A stretch of 64,000 nt of DNA from NCBI GenBank assembly GCA_041192345.1, contig JBEEND010000001.1, positions 87,068 to 151,067 on the forward strand, in the 5' to 3' direction. Of this stretch, positions 28,621 through 39,805 are shown one piece after another (position 1 is the first letter of the stretch; the number at the start of each line of letters is the position of its first letter). Origin of the DNA: Actinomycetota bacterium. Its GTDB lineage: Bacteria; Actinomycetota; Actinomycetes; S36-B12; UBA5976. Both the position numbers and the translations under genes were made by a program. The notes under the pieces are model-generated. The model did not search any database. It was not told the DNA's origin and saw nothing but the letters and a program-made list of their open reading frames with translations.

Positions 28621-29526
28621 ATGTCTGCGCTGTCACTTTCGCTGCTTGTCTGGGTAGCAACATTTATTTTTTTGGCCGGGGCATTATTGCTGATATTAAA
28701 TCGGACAAGGAAACAATATAAAAAGACCGTTACAAGTTTACTAAATTCGTACGTGCCTACAATCGAAGAAATGTCTGAGGATGTAGCTCAGTTTTATAAG
28801 AAGAATATAATCGATGCAATTGGTGAATTGCTGATTTCACAAAGTTACCAAAAGCGTATACGCATTCGGTTGGTGGCGACGGGCAAGCAAGACATTAATG
28901 CCTATCGCGTGCTTGTTAGGCGGAAAGTAGTAGGCACCATAATTGGATTTTCTTACGGCTTACTGACTCAACTGGATGCTGGTTTGCGAGGAATATTCAT
29001 AATTCTTATTGCAAGCGCTTTAGGGTTCTTTTTGCCCGATGTATTGACATTTAACACTGGATCGAAAAGATCGTTGGAACTTGATCGAACCCTACCGGAT
29101 GCAATCGACATTCTGAATCTATGTGTCGAGTCAGGCTTAACATTTCAGGCTTCGATGGCACAAGTATCACTGATTCTTGAAGGTCCTATTTCCGATGAGT
29201 TCGCACGTGTCTTGCGACAAATGCAGTTAGGCCAATCATTGATTGCTTCACTGCAAGACTTATCTACTCGAAATAATAATAGTGATTTGAAACGTTTTGT
29301 TTCAGTAGTAATTCAAGCCGACAAGCTCGGTGTTCCGATTTCTACGGTACTTCAAGAACAAGCACGAGAAATGCGCAGCAAGCGGCGAGATCGGGCGCGC
29401 GAGCAGGCCCAAAAAGTGCCAGTAAAGATTCTGGGGCCAGTTATGCTGTGCTTTCTTCCCGGAATCTTTATTGTGATTCTTGGCCCAGCTATGGTTTCTA
29501 TTACTCGTGCCTTTTCCGGCATGTAA
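28621..29526 (+). CDS. tadC: TadC (type II secretion system F family) platform protein
   Basis: 301 aa with an N-terminal TM and a T2SS-F domain (LPDAIDILNLCVESGLTFQASMAQV...VIQADKLGVPISTVL). Confidence 0.8.
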   Translation: MSALSLSLLVWVATFIFLAGALLLILNRTRKQYKKTVTSLLNSYVPTIEEMSEDVAQFYKKNIIDAIGELLISQSYQKRIRIRLVATGKQDINAYRVLVRRKVVGTIIGFSYGLLTQLDAGLRGIFIILIASALGFFLPDVLTFNTGSKRSLELDRTLPDAIDILNLCVESGLTFQASMAQVSLILEGPISDEFARVLRQMQLGQSLIASLQDLSTRNNNSDLKRFVSVVIQADKLGVPISTVLQEQAREMRSKRRDRAREQAQKVPVKILGPVMLCFLPGIFIVILGPAMVSITRAFSGM

Positions 29527-29534
29527 AGTTCACT

Positions 29535-30005
29535 ATGGGCATGGATGCGCTTCAGCTAGCGCCACTGCTTGTATTTTTAGTTGTCGGCGGTCGACTGTCA
29601 CTAATTGATTTGCGAACCTACCGACTTCCAAATCGGCTTATTGCAATTTGTACGGCTGGAATACTCGCACTTCAGATCACCTACTGCTTTGCAATTGGAA
29701 CCTTTAGTGCACTCGTACAATCTGGTCAAACTCTTGGAAAAATATTTACAGCTTACGTATTGCTCTACATATTAAGTAGAGGCCAACTAGGTATGGGTGA
29801 TGTTAAATTTGCCATCCCAGTTGGATTGATCATCGGGTGGTTCCAACCAAATGCCTGGCTGATTTCATTACTAGTGACTTTTCTGCTTGCTGGGATAATT
29901 AGTTTAATTGGCCTGCTTTCTCGAAAGCTAGATAGAAAAAGCCACATTCCGCTTGGGCCCCTAATGTATGTTGGATCGTTTTTGACCCTACTTTTGGGCC
30001 GGTAG
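29535..30005 (+). CDS. tadV: A24-family prepilin peptidase (TadV/CpaA)
   Basis: Polytopic membrane protein with the second catalytic Asp context GMGDVKF. I start at ATG 29535 because the track start at 29448 overlaps tadC by 79 nt. Confidence 0.8.
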   Translation: MGMDALQLAPLLVFLVVGGRLSLIDLRTYRLPNRLIAICTAGILALQITYCFAIGTFSALVQSGQTLGKIFTAYVLLYILSRGQLGMGDVKFAIPVGLIIGWFQPNAWLISLLVTFLLAGIISLIGLLSRKLDRKSHIPLGPLMYVGSFLTLLLGR

Positions 30006-30026
30006 CACGCCAGTAATTGCTTAGTT

Positions 30027-30050
30027 ATCCACAGAAGTTCGGTGGATTTT
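30027..30050 (+). terminator. weak hairpin after tadV
   Basis: ATCCAC-N9-GTGGAT followed by TTTT. Short stem, low confidence. Confidence 0.3.
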
Positions 30051-30083
30051 GCAAATAATTCCTTTTTAGTTATGATAAAAGTC

Positions 30084-30104
30084 CTTGAGTCCACCCGACT
30101 CAAG
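30084..30104. promoter_or_regulatory. HAIR (HspR-associated inverted repeat) operator upstream of dnaK
   Basis: CTTGAGT-N7-ACTCAAG is an exact match to the published HAIR consensus. It lies 76 nt upstream of the dnaK ATG, and hspR is encoded at the end of the same operon. Confidence 0.9.
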
Positions 30105-30179
30105 GTATCTGATGCCGTAGGTTTCAGGTGCGGTGAGTCGGGTATGACTAAGGCGAACACCCTTATAGGAGGAAACAAA

Positions 30180-32003
30180 ATGGCTAAAGCCGTAGGAATC
30201 GACCTAGGAACCACAAATTCGGTGGTTTCAGTACTTGAGGGCGGCGAAGCCGTCGTCATTGCAAACGCAGAAGGCGCCCGCACCACACCAAGTGTTGTCG
30301 CATTTGCGAAAAATGGTGAAGTGCTAGTTGGCGAAGTTGCCAAGCGTCAGGCTGTCACCAACGTAAACCGCACGATCCGATCCGTAAAGCGTCACATGGG
30401 TGACACAAAATGGAACGTAGACATCGACGGTAAGAAATATAACGCCCAAGAAATCTCGGCACGTATTTTGCAAAAGCTAAAGCGTGACGCTGAGGCTTAC
30501 CTTGGCGATACCGTAACGGACGCAGTTATTACTGTTCCGGCTTACTTCAACGATGCCCAACGTCAGGCCACTAAAGATGCCGGACAGATCGCCGGGCTTA
30601 ACGTATTGCGTATTGTCAACGAGCCAACTGCAGCAGCGCTGGCATATGGATTAGATAAGGGCGACAAGGATCAAACAATTTTGGTGTTTGACCTTGGCGG
30701 TGGAACTTTCGACGTTTCACTTCTTGAGATCGGCGAAGGCATCGTGGAAGTTAAAGCCACAAGTGGCGATAACAACCTCGGTGGTGACGATTGGGATCAG
30801 CGCGTAGTTGATCACTTAGTTACCCAGTTCAAGAATTCAAATGGTGTTGATCTTTCAGCAGACAAAGTTGCGTTGCAACGTCTGCGTGAGGCAGCTGAAA
30901 AAGCAAAGATTGAATTGTCCTCTTCCCAGTCGGCAAGTATCAACCTTCCTTACATAACTGCATCTGATGCCGGACCACTTCACCTTGATGAAAATCTGAC
31001 TCGTGCAGATTTCCAGAAGATGACGTCCGATCTAATCGATCGCACTAAGTCACCGTTTAACCAAGTTATTAAAGATGCTGGCGTAAAAGTTGGTGACATC
31101 GATCACGTAGTTCTTGTCGGTGGATCAACTCGTATGCCGGCAGTAACTGATTTGGTTAAGGAGCTTACTGGCGGCCGCGAACCAAATAAGGGCGTAAACC
31201 CTGATGAGGTTGTTGCCGTCGGCGCTGCGCTTCAAGCTGGCGTACTTCGCGGTGAAGTTAAGGATGTTCTTCTTCTTGATGTGACACCGCTATCACTTGG
31301 TATCGAAACCAAGGGTGGCCTCATGACCAAGATGATCGAGCGCAACACCACGATCCCAACCAAGCGTTCGGAAATCTTCACAACTGCTGAAGATAGCCAG
31401 CCATCGGTTTTGATTCAGGTGTTCCAGGGCGAACGTGAAATGGCGGCTTACAACAAGAAGCTTGGAACTTTCGAGCTAACTGGTTTGCCTCCAGCGCCAC
31501 GTAACGTCCCACAGATTGAAGTTGCATTCGACATTGATGCCAACGGCATTGTGCACGTATCAGCTAAAGATCTAGGAACTGGCAAAGAACAGTCGATGAC
31601 TATCACAGGCGGTGGCGCTCTTTCTAAGGAAGAGATCGATCGCATGATGGCCGATGCTGAATCACATGCTGATGAAGATCGTGCGCGCCGCGAAGAAGCT
31701 GAAATTCGTAACCAAGCTGAATCTCTAATCTTCCAGACTGAAAAGTTCCTTGAGGAAAGTGGCGACAAAGTTCCAGCAGATGCCAAGGCAAATGTTGACG
31801 AACCACTTGCTGAACTAAAGGCAGCTATCGCTGGCGAAGACATCGCAGCAATCAAGGCTGCAGTTGAGAAAGTCGCAACTGCCAGCCAAGCACTGGGCGC
31901 AGCAATGTATGCAAATTCCCAGGATGATGCCAGCGAAACAGAGGCAGCCGGCGATGACGATGTCGTAGATGCCGAAATCGTAGATGAGAACGAAAAGGTA
32001 TGA
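30180..32003 (+). CDS. dnaK: molecular chaperone DnaK (Hsp70)
   Basis: [24 protein letters not shown], and other DnaK signatures. AGGAGGA RBS at 30167-30173. The track start at 30042 would read through the HAIR operator. Confidence 0.97.
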   Translation: MAKAVGIDLGTTNSVVSVLEGGEAVVIANAEGARTTPSVVAFAKNGEVLVGEVAKRQAVTNVNRTIRSVKRHMGDTKWNVDIDGKKYNAQEISARILQKLKRDAEAYLGDTVTDAVITVPAYFNDAQRQATKDAGQIAGLNVLRIVNEPTAAALAYGLDKGDKDQTILVFDLGGGTFDVSLLEIGEGIVEVKATSGDNNLGGDDWDQRVVDHLVTQFKNSNGVDLSADKVALQRLREAAEKAKIELSSSQSASINLPYITASDAGPLHLDENLTRADFQKMTSDLIDRTKSPFNQVIKDAGVKVGDIDHVVLVGGSTRMPAVTDLVKELTGGREPNKGVNPDEVVAVGAALQAGVLRGEVKDVLLLDVTPLSLGIETKGGLMTKMIERNTTIPTKRSEIFTTAEDSQPSVLIQVFQGEREMAAYNKKLGTFELTGLPPAPRNVPQIEVAFDIDANGIVHVSAKDLGTGKEQSMTITGGGALSKEEIDRMMADAESHADEDRARREEAEIRNQAESLIFQTEKFLEESGDKVPADAKANVDEPLAELKAAIAGEDIAAIKAAVEKVATASQALGAAMYANSQDDASETEAAGDDDVVDAEIVDENEKV

Positions 32004-32563
32004 GCGAAAACGACCAAGACGTAGCACCACAAGGCGTCAAGGTCACTGATAAGCGCAAGCTTGATCCAGAAACTGGAGCTCCTCGCACACCCTCGGGTGA
32101 GCAGGAGGCTCCAGTTTCGGAGCAAGAAACGCCAAGTGATCCAGTGGCTGAGTTAACTGCTGACTTACAGCGGTTACAAGCTGAGTTTGCAAACTATCGT
32201 AAGCGCGTTGAACGTGATCGGGATTTAACTCGCGATTTAGTGGTTTCAAATACTTTGGCGCAGTTGTTGCCGGTAATTGATGACATCGGACGTGCTCGCA
32301 CACATGGCGAACTTGAAGGTGCCTTCAAAAGTGTTGGCGAGACACTTGAAGCAACAGTTGAACGCCTTGGGCTAAAACCGTTTGGCGAAGCTGGCGATGT
32401 ATTTGATCCAACTCGACACGAAGCAATTGCCCATGAGTTCAGTGATGAAGTGACAACATCGACTTGTATCGCAGTATTTCAACCAGGATATGAATTTGCG
32501 GGTCGAATCATTCGCGCTGCAATTGTCAGTGTGGCTGACCCCACGCCGGCAACCACGCCGTAA
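32000..32563 (+). CDS. grpE: nucleotide exchange factor GrpE
   Basis: The ATG overlaps the dnaK stop (ATGA). Contains the [15 protein letters not shown] motif. Confidence 0.9.
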   Translation: MSENDQDVAPQGVKVTDKRKLDPETGAPRTPSGEQEAPVSEQETPSDPVAELTADLQRLQAEFANYRKRVERDRDLTRDLVVSNTLAQLLPVIDDIGRARTHGELEGAFKSVGETLEATVERLGLKPFGEAGDVFDPTRHEAIAHEFSDEVTTSTCIAVFQPGYEFAGRIIRAAIVSVADPTPATTP

Positions 32564-32594
32564 TCAATAATTTGTAAAGCAGAAGGGAGACACC

Positions 32595-33563
32595 ATGGCT
32601 GCAAAAGATTTGTACGAAAAGGATTACTACAAAATCCTGGGTGTTTCCAAAGATGCTGATGCCTCAGCAATCAAAAAGTCCTATCGCAAACTAGCTAAAG
32701 ATCTTCACCCTGATAAGAACGCTGGGGATAAAAAGATTGAAGAGAAATTCAAAGCAGTCAGCGAAGCCTACGACGTGGTTTCTGATCCAAAGCGTCGCGC
32801 AGAGTATGACGAAGCCAGGCGCTATGGCGCAGGAAGCCCAATGGGAGGTGCTCGCCGCGGACCGCAAGGACGACCGGGCGGTTTCCCAGGTGGGCAAAAT
32901 GTAAATGCCGAAGACATTTTTGGCGGTGGCGATCTATCCGATATTTTTGGCGGACTATTTGGTGGCGGACGCCAACGCGGCCCACGCAAAGGCGCCGACT
33001 TAGAAACTTCCGTCACAATTTCCTTTGAAGATTCCATACATGGCGTAACTTTGCCACTTCGCCTGAGTGCTGGAAACATCTCAGCACGTCTCCCAGCTGG
33101 GGTAAAAAACGATCAGCGCATTCGACTTGCAGGAAAAGGCCAAGCCGGTGAACCAGGTGCTCCAGCTGGTGATTTATTTATCAACGTTGCGGTATCTCCG
33201 CACCCAGTATTTGGCCGTGATGGTGAGAACTTAACGGTGATTGTTCCCATCCGCTTTGAAGAAGCTGTGAATGGCGCCGACATCAAAGTTCCAGTTCTTG
33301 ATGGGCCTGCTGTCACAATTCGCATCCCAGCTGGTACTAAAACTGGCGCGAAGTTTCGAGCCCGCGGTAAAGGTGTTGTGCGATCAGAAAAATCAGGCGA
33401 CTTGATTGTTTCAGTTGACATTGCAGTTCCCAGTGAACTTTCACCCGCTGCAAAGAAAGCACTGGCTGAGTTCACAAGTGCAACTGAAAATTTTGATCCA
33501 CGTGAAGACTTGATGCGAAAGTCTGGCAATTTGTCAGGAGTCCGAAAGGGAGCTGATGACTGA
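32595..33563 (+). CDS. dnaJ: J-domain co-chaperone DnaJ lacking the zinc-finger domain (class II / CbpA-like)
   Basis: J domain with HPD (DLHPDKN), a G/F-rich region and C-terminal substrate-binding domains. The protein contains no Cys at all, so the CxxCxGxG repeats are absent. Confidence 0.85.
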   Translation: MAAKDLYEKDYYKILGVSKDADASAIKKSYRKLAKDLHPDKNAGDKKIEEKFKAVSEAYDVVSDPKRRAEYDEARRYGAGSPMGGARRGPQGRPGGFPGGQNVNAEDIFGGGDLSDIFGGLFGGGRQRGPRKGADLETSVTISFEDSIHGVTLPLRLSAGNISARLPAGVKNDQRIRLAGKGQAGEPGAPAGDLFINVAVSPHPVFGRDGENLTVIVPIRFEEAVNGADIKVPVLDGPAVTIRIPAGTKTGAKFRARGKGVVRSEKSGDLIVSVDIAVPSELSPAAKKALAEFTSATENFDPREDLMRKSGNLSGVRKGADD

Positions 33564-33897
33564 GTTTGAGCATGATGAAGAAGTTCCGGTTTACGTAATT
33601 TCAGTTGCAGCGCAGCTTGCTGGACTGCATCCACAGACATTGCGGCAATACGATCGAATCGGTTTAGTATCGCCGGGCAGATCAATTGGTCGAAACCGCC
33701 TTTATTCCTTGCGAGATATTCAACGGCTCCGAGAAGTCACAAAACTTTCCAATGAAGGCAATACGCTTTCGGGAATCATCCGGATTTTGATTTTAGAAGA
33801 GCAACTAGAACGAGCATTGAAGGAAAACATTCGCCTGCGTGAAGCAATGGGACCATCCACAGCTGTTGTGGTTTGGCGCCCGAACCGACGAGCCTAG
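33556..33897 (+). CDS. hspR: MerR-family heat-shock repressor HspR
   Basis: MerR HTH (YVISVAAQLAGLHPQTLRQYDRIGLVSPGR). It is the last gene of the dnaK operon and overlaps dnaJ by 8 nt. Confidence 0.9.
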   Translation: MTEFEHDEEVPVYVISVAAQLAGLHPQTLRQYDRIGLVSPGRSIGRNRLYSLRDIQRLREVTKLSNEGNTLSGIIRILILEEQLERALKENIRLREAMGPSTAVVVWRPNRRA

Positions 33898-33899
33898 TT

Positions 33900-34661
33900 A
33901 TGGTTGCCTTAATCACTGGAGCAAGTGCTGGAATTGGTACATCCTATGCAAAGCAATTAGCAAGTAAGGGAACTAATTTAGTTTTAGTAGCGCGCAGTGA
34001 GAGTCGACTCAATGCGTTAGCGCAAGAACTTATTACTCAGCACAACATCAAAGTCGAAGTTCTAGTTGCTGATTTATCTGATCGATCACAACTCGACAAA
34101 GTTGCAGCCCGCGCGGCAATGGATGACGTGGAGTTAGTAATCAACAATGCAGGCTTTGGCCTAAAACAACCATTTGTTGGTGGCACTTTAGCTGCCGAGC
34201 AGAATCTGCTAGATGTCTTGGTCACAGCAGTAATGCGCATCACTCACGCAGCAATGCCCGGAATGCTCGCTCGTAACCGAGGGGGTGTAATTAACGTCAG
34301 TTCAATCGCGGGTTGGATGACGAGCGGAACTTACAGCGCGACAAAATCATGGGCAACAACATTTAGTGAGTCACTGGCAACGCTGCACAAAGATTCAAAA
34401 GTACATGTCATGGCGCTGTGTCCTGGATATACCCGAACTGAGTTCCATAATCGGGCTGAAATGGAAATCGAAACTATTCCAAATTGGATGTGGCTCGACG
34501 TTGATCACGTAGTTAAAAAATCACTTTCTGATTTCGCTAAAGGTAAACCCATATGCGTGCCAGGAGCGCAGTACAAATTCTTTAGTTTGCTAGCGCAATA
34601 TTTACCTCGACCAATCGTTCGTAAACTTTCAGTCGCATCGCGCCGGCAGTCAGCCAAGTAA
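33900..34661 (+). CDS. SDR family oxidoreductase
   Basis: ITGASAGIG, NNAG and YSATK motifs. ATG 33900 was chosen because the track start overlaps hspR. Confidence 0.8.
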   Translation: MVALITGASAGIGTSYAKQLASKGTNLVLVARSESRLNALAQELITQHNIKVEVLVADLSDRSQLDKVAARAAMDDVELVINNAGFGLKQPFVGGTLAAEQNLLDVLVTAVMRITHAAMPGMLARNRGGVINVSSIAGWMTSGTYSATKSWATTFSESLATLHKDSKVHVMALCPGYTRTEFHNRAEMEIETIPNWMWLDVDHVVKKSLSDFAKGKPICVPGAQYKFFSLLAQYLPRPIVRKLSVASRRQSAK

Positions 34662-34662
34662 G

Positions 34663-35109
34663 TTACAGCGCAGCTAAAACTTCTTGCACTGGGTCAGTTG
34701 TCACTTTCCAACCGCGCAACCTAGATTGCAAGGAAGCTTCTTTAGCTAAGTCATTTGCATGTTCAGTAATAACAACAGTGACTGGCGCATCTGGCCAATC
34801 GCCATAATCGCCGCCAATAGATGGCATCACCGGATCAATCAATATGTAACCAACAGCTGGCCTGCGCTGGGAACGACGACTAAATCCGATAGCTGGTGCG
34901 TGAATACTCATCTCGCCGTGAAAAACCAAAACCAGCGGTTCGCCAGTATGCGAGAGTTCGCTAGCCACATGAGTAACCCAACGCATTGCTTCGGTTGGGG
35001 CGGAAACTACCAATGGCACAGCGGGTAATTTCACTTTTGCTGCCACTGTATTAATACATTGGGCTTCGGGCAGGAAAGCGATGGTTGCCATGACATAACT
35101 GTGCCACAA
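34663..35109 (-). CDS. hypothetical protein
   Basis: 148-aa ORF filling the gap between flanking genes. I recognise no motif. Start may be at 35091 (MATIAF). Confidence 0.4.
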   Translation of the reverse strand: MWHSYVMATIAFLPEAQCINTVAAKVKLPAVPLVVSAPTEAMRWVTHVASELSHTGEPLVLVFHGEMSIHAPAIGFSRRSQRRPAVGYILIDPVMPSIGGDYGDWPDAPVTVVITEHANDLAKEASLQSRLRGWKVTTDPVQEVLAAL

Positions 35110-35143
35110 ATAAGCATTTGTGTGACACTGACGTAATTATCAA

Positions 35144-35467
35144 ATGGCTTGGGTTTATTTATTGTTCGCAATTATTTTCGAATTAGTGGGGACCACTGCA
35201 CTAAAGCTTTCAGATGGTTTTACCAAGCTTTATTGGACCGTAGGAATGGCTGTCAGTTACGGACTTGCCTTTTATTTGCTAGCAATTGTTGTTAAGACAA
35301 TCCCTTTGGGAATTGCTTACGCAGTTTGGGCTGGTCTTGGTACATTGGGAGCCTTTTTCATTTCCATTTATATTTTTAAAACGGAGGCCAGCACCTTGGC
35401 TTGGGTTGGTGTATTTCTTGTGATCGCTGGAGTCGTACTCCTCAACGCGGGTAGCACTAGCCAATAG
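35144..35467 (+). CDS. SMR family small multidrug efflux transporter
   Basis: 107 aa with four TM helices and the conserved membrane Glu in helix 1 (IIFELVGTTALK). Confidence 0.85.
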   Translation: MAWVYLLFAIIFELVGTTALKLSDGFTKLYWTVGMAVSYGLAFYLLAIVVKTIPLGIAYAVWAGLGTLGAFFISIYIFKTEASTLAWVGVFLVIAGVVLLNAGSTSQ

Positions 35468-35505
35468 AGCGCAACTTGTAATCCATTTGTATTGCTTACG
35501 AGTAG

Positions 35506-36147
35506 TTAAAAATTTGGGTCTTCCCACTCACCTTGTTGCTCCATGATTGCGCGAAGAGTCTGGTCTGCATTACTAACCACTTCAAATGTCCGCGAAATTA
35601 ATTCCTGCGTAGATTCCGAACTCAACAAGTCCATTTGATCAAGTTCACCGATGGGAAGAATCCCCGCTAATTGCCAGCAAGCTTGCATCGGGTCATCACT
35701 TAGCGCAATCGTTGCACCAAACTGCAAATTAGTGAACTCGCTTGCAAAGGCCAGCAGCTGTCGCACTTTGGTTTCGAGTTGGTTCTTGGAATCCAATAGA
35801 TTCTCGTCCCAAATTAAATCAGGAACGAGTTCAATAACTGCCAGCGGATAGGGATCATCCGGCAGCCAACTGGTTACCCGAAATCTTTTTGTGCCGAAAG
35901 ACTCTAATCCGTAAAACTCTTCAGCGGTGCCTATGTTGACCACAGATGCGATAGTGCCAAGAGTCATACGCTTCTCGCCACCACCTACTTCATCGCCACG
36001 CTCGATAAGCACAACACCAAATTCCGGGTTCTCAGAGCCCATCAAATCCCCAAGCAGTTTTAGGTAGCGGGGTTCAAAGATGCGAAGGGGAAGTGGCATG
36101 GCTGGCATCAGCACTGACCCGAGTGGGAACATCGGCATTACCGTCAT
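35506..36147 (-). CDS. LON-N (Lon protease substrate-binding domain) family protein
   Basis: N-terminus PMFPLGSVLMPAMPLPLRIFEPRYLKLL is typical of stand-alone Lon N-terminal domain proteins. Confidence 0.7.
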   Translation of the reverse strand: MTVMPMFPLGSVLMPAMPLPLRIFEPRYLKLLGDLMGSENPEFGVVLIERGDEVGGGEKRMTLGTIASVVNIGTAEEFYGLESFGTKRFRVTSWLPDDPYPLAVIELVPDLIWDENLLDSKNQLETKVRQLLAFASEFTNLQFGATIALSDDPMQACWQLAGILPIGELDQMDLLSSESTQELISRTFEVVSNADQTLRAIMEQQGEWEDPNF

Positions 36148-36325
36148 TGCGCACCAGATCCATTCGCCGTATTTGAACTGAGTTTACTTAAGGTCAAACA
36201 AGAAGTCTTTTTATCAATTGCCACGATCGTCAATGAACCCCCGAGATACCAACGAAATTTTGGCCGTTAGCGCGTTGAACTTGGACCCAAAAAACCCTTA
36301 TTTTTCGGCATCCTGGGGATCTCGA

Positions 36326-36352
36326 TTTGCACTCTAGGGGGGAGAGTGCCAA
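36326..36352. promoter_or_regulatory. CIRCE element 1 (HrcA operator) upstream of groEL
   Basis: TTTGCACTC-N9-GAGTGCCAA compared with the consensus TTAGCACTC-N9-GAGTGCTAA: one mismatch per arm and canonical spacing. Confidence 0.8.
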
Positions 36353-36360
36353 CAATAGTA

Positions 36361-36386
36361 TTAGCACTCAGACCCCTGAGTGATAA
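36361..36386. promoter_or_regulatory. CIRCE-like element 2 upstream of groEL
   Basis: TTAGCACTC-N8-GAGTGATAA. The left arm is perfect and the right arm has one mismatch. By my count the spacer is 8 nt, one shorter than canonical. Confidence 0.65.
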
Positions 36387-38063
<1,677 letters not shown>

Positions 38064-38085
38064 GAAATCCATTTCCAATAAGAAC

Positions 38086-38130
38086 AAAAAAACAAGACCT
38101 GAACCAATTGGTTTGGGTCTTGTTTTTTTA
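38086..38130. terminator. bidirectional rho-independent terminator between groEL and the XPB helicase gene
   Basis: A-run, then hairpin CAAGACC..AACC / GGTT..GGTCTTG (38093-38122), then TTTTTTT. It sits between convergent genes. Confidence 0.8.
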
Positions 38131-38146
38131 TTACAGCAAGTATTAA

Positions 38147-39805
38147 TTAATCTGCTTTTGGCGTTCCATACAACAAATCATCCGCATCAACGATCCGGTA
38201 AGAATAACCCTGTTCGGCTAAGAAACGTTGACGATGGGCAGCGAAGTCGGCGTCCACAGTGTCTCTGGTAACGATTGAATAGAAGTGAGCCGAACGCTTG
38301 TCACCCTTTGGGCGAAGGATTCGCCCCAATCGTTGCGCCTCTTCTTGCCGGGAGCCAAAGGTGCCACTGATTTGAATCGCAACACCAGCTTCGGGCAGAT
38401 CAACTGAGAAGTTAGCAACTTTGGAAACTACAAGTACCCGCGTTTCACCCTCACGAAAGGATTGGAATAAGCGTTCGCGTTCTTTGACGGGGGTTGCTCC
38501 GGTAATAGTTGGCACACCGAGAAACTCGCTAATTTCGGCAAGTTGATCTAAGTACTGGCCAATTACCAAGATGTGGTCTTCTGGATGCAGATTTACCAGG
38601 TGCTCCACAACTCGGTTTTTAAATGAAGTTGTGGAAGCAAGTCGGTAACGTTCTTCTGGCTCTGCCATGGCGTAGGCCAACCGCTCGGCATCAGGAAGTG
38701 TCACTCGAACCTCGGCGCAGTCAGCAGGCGCGATGTAGCCCTGGGCTTCAATGTCTTTCCAAGGCGCGTCATATCGCTTTGGACCGATTAGGGAAAACAC
38801 TTCACCTTCCATGCCGTCTTCCCGAACTAAAGTCGCGGTTAAACCAAGGCGACGTCGTGCTTGAATGTCGGCGGTGAAACGAAATACCGGAGCGGGCAAT
38901 AGGTGCACTTCGTCATAAATAATCAATCCCCAGTCGCGGGCATCAAAGAGTTCCATATGTGAAAAGACTCCTTGGCGGCGCGTAGTCATAACTTGGTAAG
39001 TCGCAATTGTTACTGGTCTGATCTCTTTGCGCGCACCAGAGTATTCACCAATTTCTTCTTCTGTGAGTGTGGTGCGCTTCAATAATTCAGCTTTCCATTG
39101 CCGCGCTGAAACGGTGTTAGTTACCAAAATCAAAGTCGTTGCGCCAGCAAGGGCCATGGCAGCAGCGCCAACAATTGTTTTGCCAGCCCCACAAGGTAAG
39201 ACCACAACGCCAGAGCCGCCGTGCCAAAAACCTTCAGCTGCTTCACGCTGGTAAGTGCGCAATTCAAAGGAATTTTCAGCTAACGCAATTGGGTGCGCTT
39301 CACCATCAACGTAACCGGCTAGATCTTCAGCTGGCCAACCAAGTTTTAATAAAACTTGTTTAATGTTTCCGCGCTCACTACCGTGCACCGCAATGGTGTC
39401 TTCATCGATTCGCTTACCAACTAGTGGCTGGATTTTCTTTGAATGCAAAATTTCTTCGAGTACGGTTCGATCATTTGCAGTTAGTACAAGACCATGAACT
39501 GGATGCATATGTAATTGCAATCTTCCGTAGCGAGCCATAGTTTCGGCTATGTCTACCAGCAGTGCATGCGGAACTGGGTAGCGCGAATACTTGATCAAAG
39601 TGTCCACCACAGATTCAGCGTCATGTAAGGCAGCGCGCGCATTCCAAAGCCCAAGTGGGGTGATGCGGTATGTGTGGATATGTTCTGGCGCGCGCTCAAG
39701 CTCGGCAAATGGCGCAATAGCATGACGACATTCAGCGCTTAGTTCATGGTCAATCTCAAGCAATAACGTCTTATCGCTCTGAACGATCAATGGACCTTCA
39801 GTCAT
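38147..39805 (-). CDS. XPB/ERCC3-type DNA repair helicase (SF2)
   Basis: Walker A LPCGAGKT, DEVH box (IYDEVHLL) and helicase C-terminal motifs. N-terminus MTEGPLIVQSDKTLLLE is typical of actinobacterial XPB. Confidence 0.9.
   Translation of the reverse strand: MTEGPLIVQSDKTLLLEIDHELSAECRHAIAPFAELERAPEHIHTYRITPLGLWNARAALHDAESVVDTLIKYSRYPVPHALLVDIAETMARYGRLQLHMHPVHGLVLTANDRTVLEEILHSKKIQPLVGKRIDEDTIAVHGSERGNIKQVLLKLGWPAEDLAGYVDGEAHPIALAENSFELRTYQREAAEGFWHGGSGVVVLPCGAGKTIVGAAAMALAGATTLILVTNTVSARQWKAELLKRTTLTEEEIGEYSGARKEIRPVTIATYQVMTTRRQGVFSHMELFDARDWGLIIYDEVHLLPAPVFRFTADIQARRRLGLTATLVREDGMEGEVFSLIGPKRYDAPWKDIEAQGYIAPADCAEVRVTLPDAERLAYAMAEPEERYRLASTTSFKNRVVEHLVNLHPEDHILVIGQYLDQLAEISEFLGVPTITGATPVKERERLFQSFREGETRVLVVSKVANFSVDLPEAGVAIQISGTFGSRQEEAQRLGRILRPKGDKRSAHFYSIVTRDTVDADFAAHRQRFLAEQGYSYRIVDADDLLYGTPKAD

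Noticed and set aside
30025-30033. Perfect DnaA-box 9-mer TTATCCACA (also at 55266-55274, sharing the 12-mer AGTTATCCACAG)
   Set aside because: Roughly 0.5 occurrences of a given 9-mer are expected by chance on both strands of 64 kb, so two are not compelling. The first copy is part of the ATCCAC/GTGGAT hairpin after tadV. There is no cluster of boxes, AT-rich unwinding element, dnaA or dnaN nearby, so this is not an origin. A single regulatory DnaA site cannot be excluded.
30042-30179. 46-aa N-terminal extension of DnaK in the track
   Set aside because: It would translate through the HAIR operator. The canonical [14 protein letters not shown] start at 30180 has a strong AGGAGGA RBS.
21709-30179. 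Mobile-element boundaries (integrase, tRNA, direct repeats) around the tad locus
   Set aside because: I found no integrase or transposase ORF, no tRNA gene and no flanking direct repeat. Island status rests only on a few hand-counted GC samples, so no mobile element is called.
36148-36210. Possible second HAIR-like site upstream of the Lon-N gene (TTTGAAC-N13-GGTCAAA)
   Set aside because: The arms and spacing do not match CTTGAGT-N7-ACTCAAG. It is only a weak 6/7 inverted repeat.
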